Source of the DNA: an uncultured Verrucomicrobiae bacterium
GTDB lineage: Bacteria; Verrucomicrobiota; Verrucomicrobiia; Limisphaerales; Palsa-1400
Assembly (NCBI GenBank): GCA_963707025.1
Contig: CAVPOM010000009.1
Location: forward strand, 388,347 to 452,346
DNA: 64,000 nucleotides
Direction of reading: 5' to 3'
Shown in pieces: positions 19,931 through 32,414 of this stretch (the stretch's first letter is position 1; every line of letters begins with the position of its first letter). The notes below the pieces were generated by a model that was not told the DNA's origin, did no database searches, and saw nothing but the letters and a program-made list of their open reading frames with translations. A program made the position numbers and the translations under genes.

Positions 19931-21078
19931 ACCCAGAAATTCTTTTTGTCGATGATGACCAGGACATCCTGGCCGGATTCCAGCGCAGCCTTAGAAAGCA
20001 CTTTAAACTCGATACCGCCATCGGCGGCACGACCGCGCTGGCCATGCTGCGCGACCGCGCCCCTTACGCCGTCGTCGTGGCGGACATGCGAATGCCGGGC
20101 ATGAACGGCATCGAGTTCTTGATGGAGTTGGAGAGGTCGGCGCCGGACACCATTAGAATCATGTTGACAGGAAACGCCGACCAAAAAACGGCGCGCGATG
20201 CTGTCAACCAGGGCCATATTTTCCGCTTCCTGACCAAACCCTGTCCTCAGGAGGAGCTGGTTCTCGCGCTTCGCGCCGGACTCAAGCAGTACCAACTGGT
20301 GACAGCCGAACGCAACGTCCTGGAGAAAACACTCAACGGCAGCGCCCGGATGCTCAGTGATATTCTGGCCACACACGACTCCCATTCCTTCGGCAAGTCC
20401 CAGCGCCTGCGCGAGTACATGCGGGCCTTCGCCAATCATTTGGAACTGAAGCAAACCTGGGACTTGGAATTGGCCGCCTTGCTTTCGCAGATCGGCTGCG
20501 TCACCATCCCGCAAGCGGTGCTGGCAAAATCCCGTGCCGGCCGCCCGCTGGTTGGAGCGGAGGCCGACATTGTGTTGCGCGTCCCTCAGATCGGCTACAA
20601 TCTTCTGTCCCACATTCCGCGCCTGGAATCCGTCGCCGCGGTGATCCTCTACCAGAACAAGAACTTTGATGGCACGGGCTTTCCTTCGGACAAGATCGCG
20701 GGCGAGGACATCCCGATCGGCGCCCGCATTTTGCGCGTGCTGCAGGATTTGCTGGCGTATGAATCCGCCAAAACGTCCAAAGACAAAGCATTGGAGAACA
20801 TGACACACTTTCCTGGCCGCTATGATCCCCGGGTGGTGGAGGCGGTGGCGGCGGTGTTTGATATCTGTTTGGCACACGCCACTCCGACTGAAAGCCAAAG
20901 CCGCCCGGTCTGGATCAAGAACTTGCGGGTCGGTTGGACCCTGGCCGCTGAAGTGCGCACCCGGGATGGGGTGATGATCATTCCGGCAGGCACGCAAATC
21001 TCGCCGTTGTTGATGGAAAAACTCCGCAACTTCGCCGAACTGGGCGACTTGGAAGAGCCGATGCTGGTGACGGGATAA
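19927..21078 (+). CDS. REC + degenerate HD-GYP-like domain protein
   Basis: Start MNPEILFVDDD overlaps the previous stop; VADMRMP; LSQIG, IPRLE, FDGTGFP, IPIGARIL. Confidence 0.88.
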   Translation: MNPEILFVDDDQDILAGFQRSLRKHFKLDTAIGGTTALAMLRDRAPYAVVVADMRMPGMNGIEFLMELERSAPDTIRIMLTGNADQKTARDAVNQGHIFRFLTKPCPQEELVLALRAGLKQYQLVTAERNVLEKTLNGSARMLSDILATHDSHSFGKSQRLREYMRAFANHLELKQTWDLELAALLSQIGCVTIPQAVLAKSRAGRPLVGAEADIVLRVPQIGYNLLSHIPRLESVAAVILYQNKNFDGTGFPSDKIAGEDIPIGARILRVLQDLLAYESAKTSKDKALENMTHFPGRYDPRVVEAVAAVFDICLAHATPTESQSRPVWIKNLRVGWTLAAEVRTRDGVMIIPAGTQISPLLMEKLRNFAELGDLEEPMLVTG

Positions 21079-21136
21079 GCACGCTCTACTGCGAAGCGAA
21101 TGGAGCATCCCATACACCCTGGTGAATCCACCACAA

Positions 21137-23920
21137 TCATTCATCCAGGGAATGGCGGATGGCTCCCAGGAGTTGATCGGGCGAAAATGGCTTTTGGACG
21201 AAGTTGTCCCCGCTGCGCAACTGGAGGTCCTGTCCAGCAATCTCGGCGCTGTATCCGCTGATATATATGACCTTAAGTCGCGGTTGGTCCGCCTGCAGGC
21301 GTCGGGCAAGTTCCTGGCCGCTCAATCCCTCCGGCATCACTAGATCGGTCACAAGCAACGCCACCGTTCCGCGATGTACCTGCCAGAGCTTTAGAGCTTC
21401 GATGCCGTTGGGGGCTTCCAACACTTTGTAGCCGTACCGTGTGAGAATTGCGCGCGTCAGGGTGCGCACCGCCCATTCGTCCTCGACCAAAAAGATGGTT
21501 TCCGTGCCTTCGCGCGGTTTGGGTCGTGCCTCAGCCCCAGGCAGCTCAGCGGCGGTCGCGATGCCAGCAGGAAGGAATATCTGGAAGTTCACACCTTGAC
21601 CCGGCTTGCTATCCACCTTGAGCAAGCCGTGGTGTTGTTTGACGATGCCAAAGACCGTCGCCAGCCCAAGACCCGTGCCTTTGCCTGGCTCTTTGGTGGT
21701 GAAAAATGGTTCGAAGATCCGAGGCAATACCTCAGGCGGGATACCGCAGCCTGTGTCACTGACAATCAAGCAGACGTAGCGTCCCGGCGCGGCGTCGGGA
21801 TTTAGTCGCGCGAGGCTTTCGTCCACGGTTTTCTCTGCGGTTTCGATGAGCATCTGCCCACCCTTGGGCATGGCGTCACGCGCGTTTACGGCAAGGTTCA
21901 GCAGCACCTGACCAAGCATCCCCTCGTCGGCGCGGGTCATTAGCGGCGTGGCGTGCAGGTGCAATTGCAAACGCACATCCTCGCCGATGATGCGCTGGAG
22001 CATCTTGGCAAGGCTGGTGACGACTTCATTCAAATCAAGTTCCCGAGGCTGAATCACCTGCCGACGGCTGAACAGCAACAACTGGCGCGTTAGAGTGGCC
22101 GCCCGCTCGGTGTAGGCACGGATCTCCCGAAGGCAGTCCCGGGCTGCCCCAGGCAAATTCTCGACCAACTCAGCCAGTTCGGCCTGCATGAGCATCGCGG
22201 CGAGAATGTTGTTGAAGTCGTGCGCCACTCCGCTGGCAAGCTGGCCGATGGATTCCATTTTCTGCGCCTGCCGGAATTGTGCCTCGAGCAAAATTTCGCG
22301 CGTTACATCCCGTTTGACGGCAACGTAGTTGATGACCCGGCCGGCCCGGTCGCGTACCGGTGAAATGGTGGCTTGTTCCTCGAACAAGGTCCCGTCTTTG
22401 CGCTTGTTAGTAAGCCGGCCCGACCAGACTTCGCCTCTGGAGAGAACGGCCCACATCCGCTGATAAAAGCCGGCGTCATGCGTGCCGCTTTTTAATATGC
22501 GAGGATTCTGGCCGGTCGCCTCCTCGCGCGAGAAGCCGGTGATGGTTGTAAAGGCTGGGTTCACATAGAGGATTGTCCCGGCACTGTCAGTGATGAGGAT
22601 GGTTTCCGCGGCTTGCTCCACCGCCGTGACCAGTCGCAGGTGGGCCTCTTCGGCCCGCTTGCGTCCGGCGATGTCCCGGGATACGCCCACGACGCTGATG
22701 CCGCCGTGGTCGTTCCGAAAGAAAGTGGTCGCCATTTCGCTCCAGACCGGCGAATCATCCTTGCGGGTCAATTCCACCTCGTGGACTTGGGTGACCGCAG
22801 CGGGGTCTGATGTCTGGAATGACTTCACCCGTTCCTCGATCATCTTGTTCACCATGGTCAGCGATTCCTCTGTCAACATTTGATCCAGCGATTGAGCCAT
22901 CGCTTCCTCGGCCGTGTAGCCTCGCAACCGGCTAACCGATGGGCTGACATAGGTTAGCCGCCTGGTTTCCAGATCGAAGGTCCACAGCACATCGGCCGCG
23001 TGACTGGCCAGCAGCCGGTATCGCTGTTCGCTCTCCCGCAGGTTTTTTTCCGCTTGGTTGCGTTCTTCATCTTGTCCAATCGCGGCGGCAAGAATCCCCA
23101 GGATGCGAAGGTCATCGCTGGTTGGTTCGCAATCCCGAGTAAAGACCGCGCACAGCGAACCGTGGATGGTCCCGCCGAAGCGCACCGGTTGGCCCCAACA
23201 GGTCTGGAGCCCGTAGGGAACCACGTTCGGATCCGTTTTTGCGTAGAAACTTTCTTGCAGGCGTCGGATGACCAATGCCCCTTCCGAATGGCCCTGGATC
23301 ACTTCAAAACAGATCTGGCCCTCGGCAATATCCTCCGCCGCCATGCCGGACGGCGCCTTCCAACGCCCCTTCACACACAACCGGTTGCCCTCCAAACGAC
23401 TGTACAAGGCGTAATCCGCCTCCAACAGTTCACCGCACAACGCCGTCAACGCCTGCACGTTCCGGTCATTGTCATGCCCGAGGTTGAGCAGGAAGGCGTG
23501 GACTTTGTACAGGCGTTCTTCCGACCGCTTGCGCTCGGTGATCATCCTTAATTCGCGCATTGCCCGATGCACGGCCGGTCCAAGGCGCGTCATCCCCTGT
23601 TTCAGCACGTAGTCCGTGGCTCCGAAATGGAGCGCCTCGATGGCCTTCTCTTCGCCCAAAGAGCCGGAAACGAAAATGAAAGGCATCTCGGGATGGGTTT
23701 TGCGCACGAAAGCCAACGCGGCAAGACCGTTGTAAGAGGGAAGAGAGTAGTCGGAGAGGATGATATCGGGCTGGAAGGTGACCAACTGCTCCAGAAACTC
23801 GGCCTGGTTCACCACTTGCTTGGTGGTGCAGCGGATTCCTTGCCGGTCCAGCTCGCGGAGGATCAGTTCGGCGTCCGGCTGAGTGTCTTCGAGCATCAGG
23901 ATTCGGAGGTCTTTGTTCAT
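21137..23920 (-). CDS. Hybrid kinase REC-GAF-PAS-PAS-HisKA-HATPase-REC
   Basis: [11 protein letters not shown]-like segment, [23 protein letters not shown]. Confidence 0.95.
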   Translation of the reverse strand: MNKDLRILMLEDTQPDAELILRELDRQGIRCTTKQVVNQAEFLEQLVTFQPDIILSDYSLPSYNGLAALAFVRKTHPEMPFIFVSGSLGEEKAIEALHFGATDYVLKQGMTRLGPAVHRAMRELRMITERKRSEERLYKVHAFLLNLGHDNDRNVQALTALCGELLEADYALYSRLEGNRLCVKGRWKAPSGMAAEDIAEGQICFEVIQGHSEGALVIRRLQESFYAKTDPNVVPYGLQTCWGQPVRFGGTIHGSLCAVFTRDCEPTSDDLRILGILAAAIGQDEERNQAEKNLRESEQRYRLLASHAADVLWTFDLETRRLTYVSPSVSRLRGYTAEEAMAQSLDQMLTEESLTMVNKMIEERVKSFQTSDPAAVTQVHEVELTRKDDSPVWSEMATTFFRNDHGGISVVGVSRDIAGRKRAEEAHLRLVTAVEQAAETILITDSAGTILYVNPAFTTITGFSREEATGQNPRILKSGTHDAGFYQRMWAVLSRGEVWSGRLTNKRKDGTLFEEQATISPVRDRAGRVINYVAVKRDVTREILLEAQFRQAQKMESIGQLASGVAHDFNNILAAMLMQAELAELVENLPGAARDCLREIRAYTERAATLTRQLLLFSRRQVIQPRELDLNEVVTSLAKMLQRIIGEDVRLQLHLHATPLMTRADEGMLGQVLLNLAVNARDAMPKGGQMLIETAEKTVDESLARLNPDAAPGRYVCLIVSDTGCGIPPEVLPRIFEPFFTTKEPGKGTGLGLATVFGIVKQHHGLLKVDSKPGQGVNFQIFLPAGIATAAELPGAEARPKPREGTETIFLVEDEWAVRTLTRAILTRYGYKVLEAPNGIEALKLWQVHRGTVALLVTDLVMPEGLSGQELARRLQADQPRLKVIYISGYSAEIAGQDLQLRSGDNFVQKPFSPDQLLGAIRHSLDE

Positions 23921-24234
23921 TGTCGTTAAAATCCCGGCTTTTTCTAATCATCTGCCAATCAGCTTCCTAAAAATGTTCCCCCCCTGAAAAGCTGCTGTGC
24001 GAAGAATCGCACAACAGCTTCTCTCCCTCCCAGCAATACCAGCACGACCGCCAGCCGTTTTATGTCCTTCCCTTTCGCCCGGACGAATCAGAGCCGACAT
24101 TGAATCGTGCCGGTGCCTCAGCTCCGAAACTGACCTTCGCTGTCGCACGTTCAGGCATGACCAACGGCGTGGGTGGTCCCTGAAAGAGCGGGTATTATCG
24201 CGATTAAAGTGTACACAATGCCCCTCTACACATT

Positions 24235-24263
24235 TATACGTGCGCGAATTCCGAATCTTTCAA
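24235..24263 (-). promoter_or_regulatory. Putative ECF sigma promoter TTGAAAGATT-N13-CGTATA, upstream of the hybrid kinase
   Basis: Same bipartite motif and spacing as 29846-29874. Confidence 0.6.
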
Positions 24264-24437
24264 GAAAGACTAAAACTTGGATCAATTGCAGAAGGAGGGG
24301 TCAAAATGGCGTTGCTCATTACGATATTGAGCAGCACACGCCTGAGCCTTTATTTTGGATGCAAGCCATTATTGCCCTGATACTTATGACAGCACCGGAC
24401 GGGCAGGAGGCGGCAATACTCATGGAGGGCCAAAGGT

Positions 24438-25073
24438 TCAGGCCATTGAGTTTTTCAGCCTTTCGACTTCTTCCTTGATCCCTTCCGAGACGCGATGTTT
24501 CGTCAAATACACCTGGCCGACAGCGATCCCAAAAGTTTTGGCAATCCTGCCTGGCGCCCACTCTTTATTCACATACAAGTCAAAGACTTGATAATGCTGG
24601 GGGTTGAGATTGCGTTTCACTTTCACCATTGCGGCTTCAAGGAGAGTTTCTTTCCATTCCAATTCCCACAACGCTTCCAGGTCCAGTTTCGTCCGCTCAG
24701 GGATATTGTCCAATGTGTCGGCAGTGCTGGAATTGGAATTATTGTCGGAATGCGAATATGCCCGGCACACCGGGTCACGCTTTCGGAACTGGTCCGTGAT
24801 GCGCCATCGAGTCATATTCATGAGCCATGTTTTGAACGAGCCAATTCTTCGGTCATACTTGAAATTGGGCATGTGTTTGGCAACCGAGATCATCGTTTCC
24901 TGCACAACATCCTGCGCTTCAGTCCCGGTTAAACCGCTTTTGACCGCGACGCCATAGATGAGCTTCCAGTAGGTGTCAAAGAAGTCCTGCCAGCTTGCCT
25001 GGTCCTGCCAATCTTTGAGGCGTTTGATCAGAGTTGTACGGGTGCGGATCAACTCATTATTCCGTTTTTGCAC
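24438..25073 (-). CDS. ECF sigma-70 factor (PVC type, kinase-associated)
   Basis: TRTTLIKRL..W.D..SWQDFFDTYW.LIY, EAQDVVQE, GSFKTWL, QVYLTKHRV. Confidence 0.92.
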   Translation of the reverse strand: MQKRNNELIRTRTTLIKRLKDWQDQASWQDFFDTYWKLIYGVAVKSGLTGTEAQDVVQETMISVAKHMPNFKYDRRIGSFKTWLMNMTRWRITDQFRKRDPVCRAYSHSDNNSNSSTADTLDNIPERTKLDLEALWELEWKETLLEAAMVKVKRNLNPQHYQVFDLYVNKEWAPGRIAKTFGIAVGQVYLTKHRVSEGIKEEVERLKNSMA

Positions 25074-25466
25074 GAATCAATTAAGCACGCTTCCGGGTCG
25101 AATGGCAAATGAAATGAAGTGGGCCCTGTGGGGCCAATTCATGAACCCCCGGGTCGTAGTGCGCTTTTCACCCCTCCGCGCTCCTCGATGCAGTCGCAAG
25201 CAGGAGAATCTCGCACAATTCACGATCCTGAACAAAGTTGGAGTCCGTCCGAGTTCATGAAACGGTAAACCGTTGAGGATCAACAGCTTCATCGTGACCA
25301 TCCATTGGCGCCATCGCGCCGTTGGCCGGTTGGCCGGCTGGCCCTTTTGACCATTATTTCATTGACGGGATTTGCATAAAAGTGGCTTCATCCATCCAAC
25401 AGCAGTGTTCGGGAAAGGCCGGCTCCAAGAATATGATTCGCAGTCTCAGTAACGCTTCGTTAAGCC

Positions 25467-28400
25467 ATGCGCCATCAAACACAGGAACATAACCAGTTGA
25501 ACCCGTGTTCAAACGGCGGCCGGGCAGTATTGACCGCCACAATCTTGTGCTGTTTTTTGACCGGCGTTGGGAAGTCTCTCGCTCAGGATGTAACGGCCGG
25601 CCCGATGAAGAACGAAATCCGCATCGTAGAAATCCAAGGCACAGTGGAAACTTCCCCTGTCGGCACAACGACCTGGATGCTCGCACAAACCAACCAGACC
25701 CTGCATCCGTTCGATCGGTTGCGGACAGGAACAGACAGTCGTGTCGCTTTCCGTTGGTCCGATCAAAGCGTTATGCAATTCAACGCGTCAACGGAGCTTG
25801 AAGTTTTGCCACCGGACTCGCCCGATGCGCAAAGTGGCCTCCATTTAATCCGGGGGATGATCTCCTTTTTTCATCGTGACGAACCGGGCCGCATCCGGGT
25901 CATAACTCGCGGCGCGGTCGCCGGCGTGGAAGGGACTGAATTTGTCCTGGCTGTGAATGATACGGATCGCACGACGGTGTCTGTGATTGATGGCAAGGTT
26001 AGATTTGGCAACGGAGAGGCCACGATCCTGCTGACCAACGGCCAGCAGGCCTTTGCCGATGTTGGCAATCCGCCCGTTCGCACCCCCAGTTTTGTTGCCA
26101 ACAACATTCTGCAATGGTGCTTTTATTACCCCGCCGTGCTCGACCAGGCTGATCTGGCGCTCACGCCAGACGAACAAGCCGTCCTCAAGGAATCACTCGA
26201 CGCATATCGTGCGGGTGATTTGCTAGTTGCGCTGGCAAAATACCCAGCCTCACGCCAGACCGCCTCTGGCAGCGAGCGCATTTATCATGCTGCGTTGTTG
26301 CTCTGTGTCGGCCAAGTCGAGGAAGCCGAAACTTTGCTTTCTTCCTTGCCCAACGCCGATAGTTCCGGGCGTTCTCAACGTCTGGCCAGCGCGATCCGCC
26401 AACTCATCTCCGCAGTAAAACGACAATCAAATCCTTCGATCCCGAACCCGCAACTTGCCACCGAATTCCTTTCGCAGTCCTATTATGAGCAATCGCAGGC
26501 AACCCCTCAAGTTTCTTTGGAGGCCGCGCTAAAGTCGGCAAGAGAAGCGGCCGCCAAATCACAGGAATTCGGCTTTGCCTGGGAGCGGGTGGCCGAACTG
26601 GAGTTCAGTTTTGGACATACACAGAGCGCGCTGGATGCCCTGGACAAAAGTATTGCGATATCACCCCGCAACGCCCAAGCGCTCGCATTGAAGGGATTCC
26701 TCCTCGCCGCACAAAATCGAACCGATGAAGCCATCGTCTGGTTCGACCGCGCGCTTGCGGTGGATTCCGCCCTCGGCAACGCATGGCTGGGACGCGGCCT
26801 TTGCCGCATCCGTCGTGGAGATGCGGCTGGCGGACGCGAAGATTTGCTGGTGGCTGCCGCGCTTGAACCGCAACGCGCCGAGTTGCGCAGTTATTTGGGG
26901 AAGGCTTACGCCAATGCGGGTGATTACCCGCGCGCCTCCAGGGAACTTCAACTGGCGAAGGCATTGGACCCCAATGACCCGACGGCATGGCTTTACACCG
27001 CATTGCTTAATCAGCAAGACAGCCGAATTAACGAAGCCATCCGGGATTTGGAAAAATCAGAATCCTTGAATGACAACCGAAGCGTTTATCGCTCCCAGTT
27101 GTTATTGGATCAGGACCGTGCGCTTCGCAGCGCCAATCTGGCTGCGCTGTATCGAGACGCCGGCATGACGGATGTCAGTGTGCGCGAGGCTTCACGGGCA
27201 GTGAACTACGACTACGCGAATTATTCCGCTCACCTCTTTTTGGCGAACAGCTATAATCAACTGCTCGATCCGAACGAGATCGCCTTGCGTTACGAGACGG
27301 CGGCGGAAAACGAATACTTGCTCGCCAACCTGCTTTCTCCGGCGGCTGCCGGGCCATGTCGCCGGCCATATCACAGCAGGAGTATTTCAGACTCTTTGAG
27401 GGCAACCGACCCGGTATTTTAACGGACACGGAATATCTCAGCCGGGGAGCGTGGAATGAAGTGGGCGCTCAATACGGCACTGATGGCAATTTCAGCTATA
27501 ACCTTGAGGAGGACTACAAGACGGATCCCGGTCAACAAGTGAACAATGATTTCGAACGACGGGGTTTGAGCCTCACGCTCAAGCAACAATTCACGCCTAA
27601 GGATGGCATCTATGTGCAGGCGGTGGGGTATGACGCCGATGGCGGGGACTTGCACCAGTATTACGCTCCCTACATGGTCAGCCCGGATTATCGCTTCAAG
27701 GAAACGCAAGACCCAACCGTCGTTCTCGGCTACCACCACGAATGGAGTCCGGGCGTTCACACACTGCTTTTGCTGGCCAGAATTAACGACACTTTTTCAT
27801 TCGCCAACCCAACGCAGCCAACTCTGGTCGCGTTCCGGCCGGAACTCAATCCCATCTCCATGCCCGGCGTTACAACACTCACCTCGGTGCAAGGCCTTAC
27901 GATGGCTCAAAGTTTTGAGAGCCAACAGACGATCTATTCCGGTGAACTCCAACAAATCTGGCAGACGCCCTTACACAACACGATCGTTGGCGGACGCCTG
28001 CAATATGGCGATTTTGAGACCGCCAACCTGCAAAACCTTCCTTCGGGCTTATTTGGCTTATTTCCAATGTCTCCCGCTCCGGCCGCGCAGCAGGATTTCG
28101 ATTCCTATTTCAACCGTGTCAGTTTTTATGGTTATCACTCGTGGCAAATACTTGATCCGTTGCAACTGTTTGGGGGACTGACTTATGACTGGATGCAATT
28201 CCCGGCAAACATCCAGACCGCGCCCATTTCCAACGAACAACAAACCTCCAGCCGGTTTTCTCCCAAAGCGGGCTTGATCTGGACGCCGCTGAAAGACACG
28301 ATCATCCGTTTCGCCTATACACGCTCGCTGGGAGGCACGAGTGTGGATCAAAGCTACCAACTGGAGCCATCACAAGTGGCGGGTTTCATCCAATCTTTCC

Positions 28401-29074
28401 GCAGTCTCATCCCTGAATCCGTGGCAGCAGAAAGTCCAGGCGCAAAATTCGAGACTTATGGGATTTCCCTTGAACAGAATTTCGCGACTCGGACTTACTT
28501 GGGACTTTCCGGAGAGATGTTGAATTCCCTGGACCGGCAGGTCGTCGGCGCGTTCGACGTGCTGCCTCTTCAATTAACTTACGCCATCCCTTCAGGATTG
28601 CCTGAAGATTTCGACTATCATGAAAAGACGCTCCAATTCACGGCGAACCAGTTGCTGGGGACGGAATGGTCCATTGGCGCGCAATACGGCGTCAGCCAAG
28701 CCGTGTTGAACAACAATTTCATTGGCGTGCCAGATGGCCTTCGTTTCGTGAATTTCGTGCCACGCCAACAGACGGAAGCCACCCTTCAACAAGCGGAATT
28801 GTTCTCCATCTACAATCACCCGTCCGGTTTCTTCCTCAGGGGCGAAGCATTGTGGAATGCCCAAAACAATACCGGTTACAGTCCGAACTTGCCAGGTGAT
28901 GATTTCTGGCAGTTCAACGCGTTCGCCGGCTACCGATTTCTCCACCGCAAGGCGGAACTAAGCCTCGGAGTGCTCAACATCTCCGGTCAGGATTACAACC
29001 TAAATCCGCTCAACCTCCATGAAGAATACCCCCGCCAACGGACGTTCACCATGCGCTTGCGGCTGAACTTCTAA
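25467..29074 (+). CDS. FecR + TPR + C-terminal outer-membrane beta-barrel protein; single gene split by a frameshift near 27353
   Basis: FecR motif (DRLRTG..SR, AGVEGTEF); TPR array; barrel-type C-terminus ending MRLRLNF. ORFs 25467-27422 and 27356-29074 join at GCCGGG^CCATG. Confidence 0.85.
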
Positions 29075-29109
29075 AAGCGTCTCTCGTCTCCCAATTTTCC
29101 CCGGCCCAA

Positions 29110-29799
29110 TCAGGGATTAAATCCACTCAATGTAATGGGATAATTAGTGGATGGAACATTGTTGGTAAAAGTGATGGTAAACCTATATGCCGGGCTGAAT
29201 GTTGGATATGGAATGGTAACGCTGGTTTTGCTGCATCCGCTATCACCATAATCTCCCACATATTCAACCTTTGTATTTGTCCGGGTGGTGTCACTCGCGG
29301 TGTATATGGTGGTATTGGTGGAAGGTGTCCAGCCCCAACCCTGCGCCGCTGTTTTAATATAGTTGACATAGCCCGTGTATGACCCGGGACAAGTCCCTTG
29401 CGAACCAGAATACGTTATGGGTTGGGCATACACAACAACCAAAAAATCAGGATTGATGGTATAAACCTCCAAGGAAGCCGAAATGGTCGGTGTGACATCT
29501 GCACCACTGGCAATGTCGCAGGAATAATACCCCGCGTCGCTGATCTGAGTGTTCTCAAAGGTCAAGGTGCTATTCGTCTGGCCAGCGATTGGAGCCCCGT
29601 TGCGCAGCCATTGATAGGAATCGCCGTCCACCGCGTTCACCGAAAAAAATGCGGTGTCGCCCAGTTGCACCAACTGGTCAGACGAGCCATCCCCGGTATC
29701 CGGAACTCCGATCTGTTGCGGATAAGCACTGCCTCCAGCGGTTATAAACAATGCTGCACTTGCCGCGACCGCATAGATTCTTACTTTTTGTCTTTTCAT
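29110..29799 (-). CDS. Secreted immunoglobulin-domain protein
   Basis: Signal peptide; YQWLRNGAPIAGQTNSTL...DAGYYSC Ig motif; Cys-containing C-terminal domain. Confidence 0.8.
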   Translation of the reverse strand: MKRQKVRIYAVAASAALFITAGGSAYPQQIGVPDTGDGSSDQLVQLGDTAFFSVNAVDGDSYQWLRNGAPIAGQTNSTLTFENTQISDAGYYSCDIASGADVTPTISASLEVYTINPDFLVVVYAQPITYSGSQGTCPGSYTGYVNYIKTAAQGWGWTPSTNTTIYTASDTTRTNTKVEYVGDYGDSGCSKTSVTIPYPTFSPAYRFTITFTNNVPSTNYPITLSGFNP

Positions 29800-29845
29800 A
29801 ATAATTACTTGAGATTGACGATTGACGGTCGTTGTTTCTGCAAGC

Positions 29846-29874
29846 AATACGTGGTTTTTGAAACAATCTTTCAA
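29846..29874 (-). promoter_or_regulatory. Putative ECF sigma promoter TTGAAAGATT-N13-CGTATT, upstream of the Ig-domain gene
   Basis: 46 nt upstream of ATG 29799; matches the 24235-24263 motif. Confidence 0.65.
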
Positions 29875-29960
29875 AATTTTCCAAGAGCGCGCGTGTCTCA
29901 CTGAGACCAGGGCCGCAATGGCCGATTGCCGGCGTCGCCTTCCATGTCGCTGCCGTCACC

Positions 29961-32097
29961 ATGGCGCTCCGGCTCTTCTGGCACCGCGTCGAGGCAAATC
30001 AGCGCAAAAAAGACGTGCTTTTTCCTCCAATCCTTTCCATACTTCCAATACGTTTAGCCGTGAAAGTCAAAGCCATCAGCCGAAGAGGAATCCTCAGGTC
30101 CGTGCAGGGCGCGGCGCTGGCGGCGCTCTGCGGCCTGATGCTGTGGAATCTGCCGCTGGGCGAGGCGTGGATAAACGCGAGCTATGATTATTTATTTCGC
30201 TTTGGCACGCGCGCCATCACGAACAACGTCACCTTCATCATGATGGACAATGAGGCGTATGGTTATTTCCATCAAACTCGCGGCCAGCCATGGGATCGGA
30301 CGTTGCACACCCGGTTGTTAAATAAGCTGGCCGATGATGGTTGTCCTCTCGTAGTGATGGATTGTTTTTTTCGCGAACCCCATGATCAGGCGCAGGACGC
30401 GGCATTGGCAAACGCCATGCGACGCCAACATCACATCGCTTTGATGGCCGAGCAGTCAGAGGTAACACATCCGACACTGGCCGGGCATGCGTCCGCTGTT
30501 TCCGGCAGAACCATTTTATAGCGCATCCGGAACAAATTGGGGCGTCGCCTGGCTCGTTCCGGACCCGGATTTAATCGTTCGCCGACATTGGCCATTTCCT
30601 GCGCCCGGACCATATCCGAGCTTGCCCCAGACCGCCGCGCGCTTGGAGGGGGCGCGATTGAGTGAATTCCCTCACAAACAGTGGCTGCGCTACTACAGCC
30701 GGGACGGCGCCTGGACGAGATTGAGCTACCGTTTCGCGCTGACACAACCCACGAATTATTTCCGCGACCGAATTGTCTTCATCGGCACTCAACCAAAAAC
30801 ATCCATCTTGGACGGGGAACCCGATAAATTTTGCACGCCTTACACGTGCTGGACCAGCGAAACAACCGGCGGCGCGGAGATTATGCTGACCTCCTTTCTG
30901 AATCTGGTGAACGACGACTGGTTGCGGCGGGCAGACCGGTGGATGGAAGGGTTGATCTTGGTGTTCACAGGAACCTTGCTTGGCGGCGGATTTTGCCGGA
31001 TGCGTCGGCTCACAGCCTCCGTTTGCGCCGCGGTGGCCGCCGTAACAGTTATGCTCGGCGCGGTCTTGTGCAGTTATTTCACCAACTACTGGTTTCCGTG
31101 GCTCGTGATTGCTGGCGGACAAGTGCCGTGCGCTTTATCGTGGGCGCTGGTGGTCGCAAAAGCCAGTCGCCCACCAGGATCACTCGTCCGCGGCCGGGAC
31201 ACACACGCGCCGACTGCCGTGGTCGAGGAATTGCCGGACATTCCTGGCTACAAACTGCTCCCCTCCCCGTTCGGACAGGGCGCGTACGGAAAGGTTTGGC
31301 TGGCACGGAACACCACCGGTCAATGGCGAGCAGTGAAAGTGGTTTATCTTATAAATTTTAACAATGACGCCGGCCCTTATGAACGCGAGTTCAATGGCAT
31401 CAGCCGATACCAAGCTATCTCCGACAAACACCCTAGCCTGTTGCGTGTTGATTTTGTCAGCGAGAAATTCCCGGGACATTTTTATTATGTGATGGAATTA
31501 GGCGATCCTTTTGAGCCAGGATGGGAGCGGGAACCAATAACCTATAAGCCGCGTGATCTGGCCAGTGAGCGGGCGCGGGCGCAAGGAGGAAGGCTGCCTA
31601 CCCGGGAATGTTTGCGTATCGGCCTTGAATTGACCGATGCTCTCGATTTTCTGCATCGTCAGGGGTTGACCCATCGTGACATCAAGCCGCAAAACATCAT
31701 CTTCGTGAACGGCCGCCCCAAACTGGCCGACCTCGGTCTCATCGCTGAAATCCGGCCACCCGATCAAAAGCGAACCCTGGTGGGCACGCCCGGTTATATG
31801 CCCCCCCCGCCGGAACTTCCCGGCACCCCGCAGGCGGACATTTACGCATTGGGGGTTGTGCTTTACGTGCTGAGCACCGGACGCAATCCAGCATTCTTTC
31901 CGGAGATTTCGACCACTATCGCGGAGAGCATAGAGGCAGAGGAGTTTTTTGTGGTGAACACCATTATCCTCAAGGCTTGCCAGCCTGACCCCGCGCAGCG
32001 TTACGCATCGGCTTTGGAAATGCACCGCGCTTTGCAAGGAGCACAAGAAGCTCTTGAAAGCGGAACGACAGGGAACGCTTCGAGGCCAGTTCAATGA
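29961..32097 (+). CDS. CHASE2 sensor + 3 TM + Hanks-type Ser/Thr kinase; frameshift near 30485
   Basis: SYDYLFR, PWDRTLHTRLL, FRDRIVFIG (CHASE2); GQGAYGKV, HRDIKPQN, LADLGL, GTPGY. Confidence 0.87.
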
Positions 32098-32124
32098 AAC
32101 CCGACCACGGAACGGACCACGGTT

Positions 32125-32414
32125 TTAATGTTCTTTGCCGGGGATTTCAGCCGCGGCCTTCACCATCTCATCCACGATCTTGCGGAAATCGTCCAATCCG
32201 GTGGCGGGGATGATCACATTATCCCGACGGCCATTCACGATCTCTAAATGCGCAGGAAATGCCCGCGCGGATTCTCTTTCAATGTAAAGATGAAAGTCTT
32301 TCATTCGATCTGAATGGTTTCAGCTTTTAAGGTGTCCTCTTCAACCCGTGGCCTGGGCGTCCCGTAGCGGTAGGGCCGGCGGCCAAAGGGTGAGAGACGT
32401 TCGTTCGAGATCAT
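32125..32414 (-). pseudogene. PUR-repeat (PurA-like) ssDNA/RNA-binding protein pseudogene
   Basis: Reads MISNE...EEDTLKAETIQIE*KTFIFTLKENPRGHFLRI/EIVNGRRDNVIIPATGLDDFRKIVDEM; nonsense codon at 32301-32303 and frameshift near 32245. Confidence 0.8.

Noticed and set aside
25186..25216. Possible autoregulatory promoter for sigma 24438-25073 (GTGCGAGATT on the minus strand)
   Set aside because: Three mismatches at -35 and no CGTA at the 13-nt spacing.
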